DNA of 64,000 bases from Takakia lepidozioides (lineage: Eukaryota > Plantae > Bryophyta). Of the stretch, positions 62,369 to 64,000 are shown in pieces. The notes below the pieces were generated by a model. The model worked only from the letters and a program-made list of their open reading frames with translations. It ran no database searches and was not told the origin of the DNA. Location of the stretch: NCBI GenBank assembly GCA_030704615.1, contig CM060733.1:10726001-10790000 (forward strand), given 5' to 3'. The position numbers and the translations under genes are program-made. Every line of letters begins with the position of its first letter. Position 1 is the first letter of the stretch.

Positions 62369-64000
62369 ATGTCGCTGGCAGTGGTATGCGCGCCGCCGGG
62401 TGTGAGCACGCCCAGGCAATGGTCGGAGTGTCGGAAATTTGCAAGGGCTGGTACGATGTTCGCAGATTTCAATCGGGATGGTGCAAGGAAAAGGTCTTGC
62501 GGAGGGCTTGCATGCAGAGCATCCTCGGGGGGGTCAAGGAGAGATTATCAGAAGATTGTGGCCAGAACTCAGCATCGCCGTGCACGTAAGGACTCAATTT
62601 TTTACAGAGTTGGTATCTGGTTTATTGAGAGTATTCATTGCATTTTCTACCTGGTGAAGATTACGGATGTGCAAGCAGCTGCTGTTATGTTAGAATGCAA
62701 GCCAGATCGTGTGGCTTAGCGCAGCCTTTCATTCAATTGCCACTAATACGCAATTTAAGAAGTAGACATCCATTGAAGAATAAGCGAGGGGCATGGATAC
62801 GTAACAGGGCATGTGAAGGGGGTAACGCCGTCGAAGCCTGATCTGCTGAATGCATTGGAGGAGGAAGAAATGGCCGATGAACTTTTGGAAGCTCTTGATC
62901 CCGAGGAGAGTGCTGCCCTTCTCCCAGCCGCAGGTGAAGGTGAAGGGGAGGAATTTACGGTCTCTGAAGACGTGCTGCAGCCGGAAGCCTCTTTTGTAGG
63001 TGATGCATGGACACCTGAGAGTGAAACGGAAGGAACACAAGAAGCAAATCTCGGTGGGGAATCTACGGTCTCTGAAGATGTGCTGCAGCCGGAAGCCTCT
63101 TTTGTAGGTGATACATGGACACCTGAGAGCGAAACGGAAGGAACACAAGAAGCAAATCTCGGGGAGGAGGTACAGCAAGATGTGGAGGATGTGGCGAAAA
63201 CTTCTCGTGACGCTGTGGATGAGACTGGACGGATTTTGCAACAGACTGGAAAGGAAGTCGGTGACAACGCGGAGGAGATTAGAAAGGAAGGAGAGAATGT
63301 GGTAAGGACGGGAGCGGAGATTGTGGATAAGCAGGCTGGCCAAGCTGTAAGTGATTTACAGCAAGGTGTGGAAGAAGCTGGCAGCACTGCGCAGGAGGTA
63401 GCTGATGTCATGCGAGACACTGCTGAAGTGTCCGGGAGGCAGCTACAAGATACTGGGAAGGACGTCCGTCGAAATATCGGGGAGATTGGAGCAGAAGGAA
63501 AGATCCTGGTGAGGAAAGGGGCCGAGGTTGTGAGTGAACAGGTAGGTTCCTTTACTTTTGGATTCATTGGGGCATGGCTTGAAAGCCCTAAGTGTTTCGG
63601 AGTAGATGAAAATCCTACCATTGTGTCTGTGTTCACTCGTGGAAATTGTGCAGGCACAGGATGGTGCGAGTCAAGTGGGAAAGCAAGTTGAAGAAGTAGG
63701 TATAGCCATGGATAGGGCTGTGCGCACAATTAGCACAGGCGTGGAACAAGCTTTTGAGAGGGTGCAAGACCCCATCGGTAAAGCAGTGGGTGCCTCCCTG
63801 GAAGCTGCGGAGGCATTGGGTAGAGAGACTCTGGGTTTTGGCCAAGTATTGGTGGATGCTGCAGAGCAAGCTACTGGCATGGCAGGGACGATGAACACTG
63901 AGCAGCAACCCGTTAAGCCAGAAGGAAAGGAGGTGCTCATGAACAGGCAAGGAGTGGGGCAAGTACAGAGTGTTAGTCAAAAGACAGATGGTGGAGAAGG
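62369..64000 (+). CDS. Plastid-targeted acidic repeat protein, LEA-like; 3' end outside the window
   Basis: Exons 62369-62585, 62808-63541 and 63654 onward join in phase. Basic S/R-rich N-terminus with ACRA|SS; E/Q/A/G/V-rich helical repeats; no enzyme motif. Confidence 0.7.
62956..63162 (+). repeat. Near-perfect 108-bp (36-aa) tandem duplication in coding exon
   Basis: TVSEDVLQPEASFVGD(A/T)WTPESETEGTQEANLG occurs twice, starting at 62956 and 63064. Confidence 0.95.

Noticed and set aside
62808-63541. Rubisco-linker (pyrenoid) role suggested by nearby RbcX
   Set aside because: The repeats are acidic and lack the basic W[RK]xxL-type Rubisco-binding motif; proximity in a plant genome is not evidence.
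62729-63729. 204-aa and 324-aa minus-strand ORFs
   Set aside because: Antisense shadows of the repetitive plus-strand exon, which has in-phase splice sites.

Overview
Nuclear DNA of a land plant. The PLS-DYW PPR gene, RbcX, Z-ISO, ASY1 and compact multi-intron genes look bryophyte- or fern-like, but the species cannot be fixed from sequence. Bases 1-13.9 kb are a nest of decayed transposons: a rearranged CACTA (En/Spm) element ending at 8171 inside a gag-like remnant, probable LTR-derived DNA, a clean 1.1-kb non-autonomous CACTA of the same family (TSD AGA) and a PIF/Harbinger transposase fragment. Bases 14.4-64 kb are gene-dense: acyl-protein thioesterase/carboxylesterase (+), DCN1-like (+), ASY1/HORMA (-), PLS-E-DYW PPR (-), M1 aminopeptidase/MPA1-like (+), RbcX (-), TDRD3/RMI1-N-like (+), Z-ISO (+), a LINE RT fragment and a plastid-targeted LEA-like repeat protein that runs off the end. 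The most unusual structure is 30.7-33.3 kb, a mosaic of inverted copies of DNA from 45.6-50.5 kb. One copy is almost exactly one complete aminopeptidase intron, with GT and AG retained, sitting in sense orientation 100 nt upstream of the ASY1 start codon; this is a candidate intron transplant between two meiosis-related genes. I see no evidence for a wholly new multi-gene system. Exon structures were assembled by eye from splice sites and recalled protein families; no searches were run.
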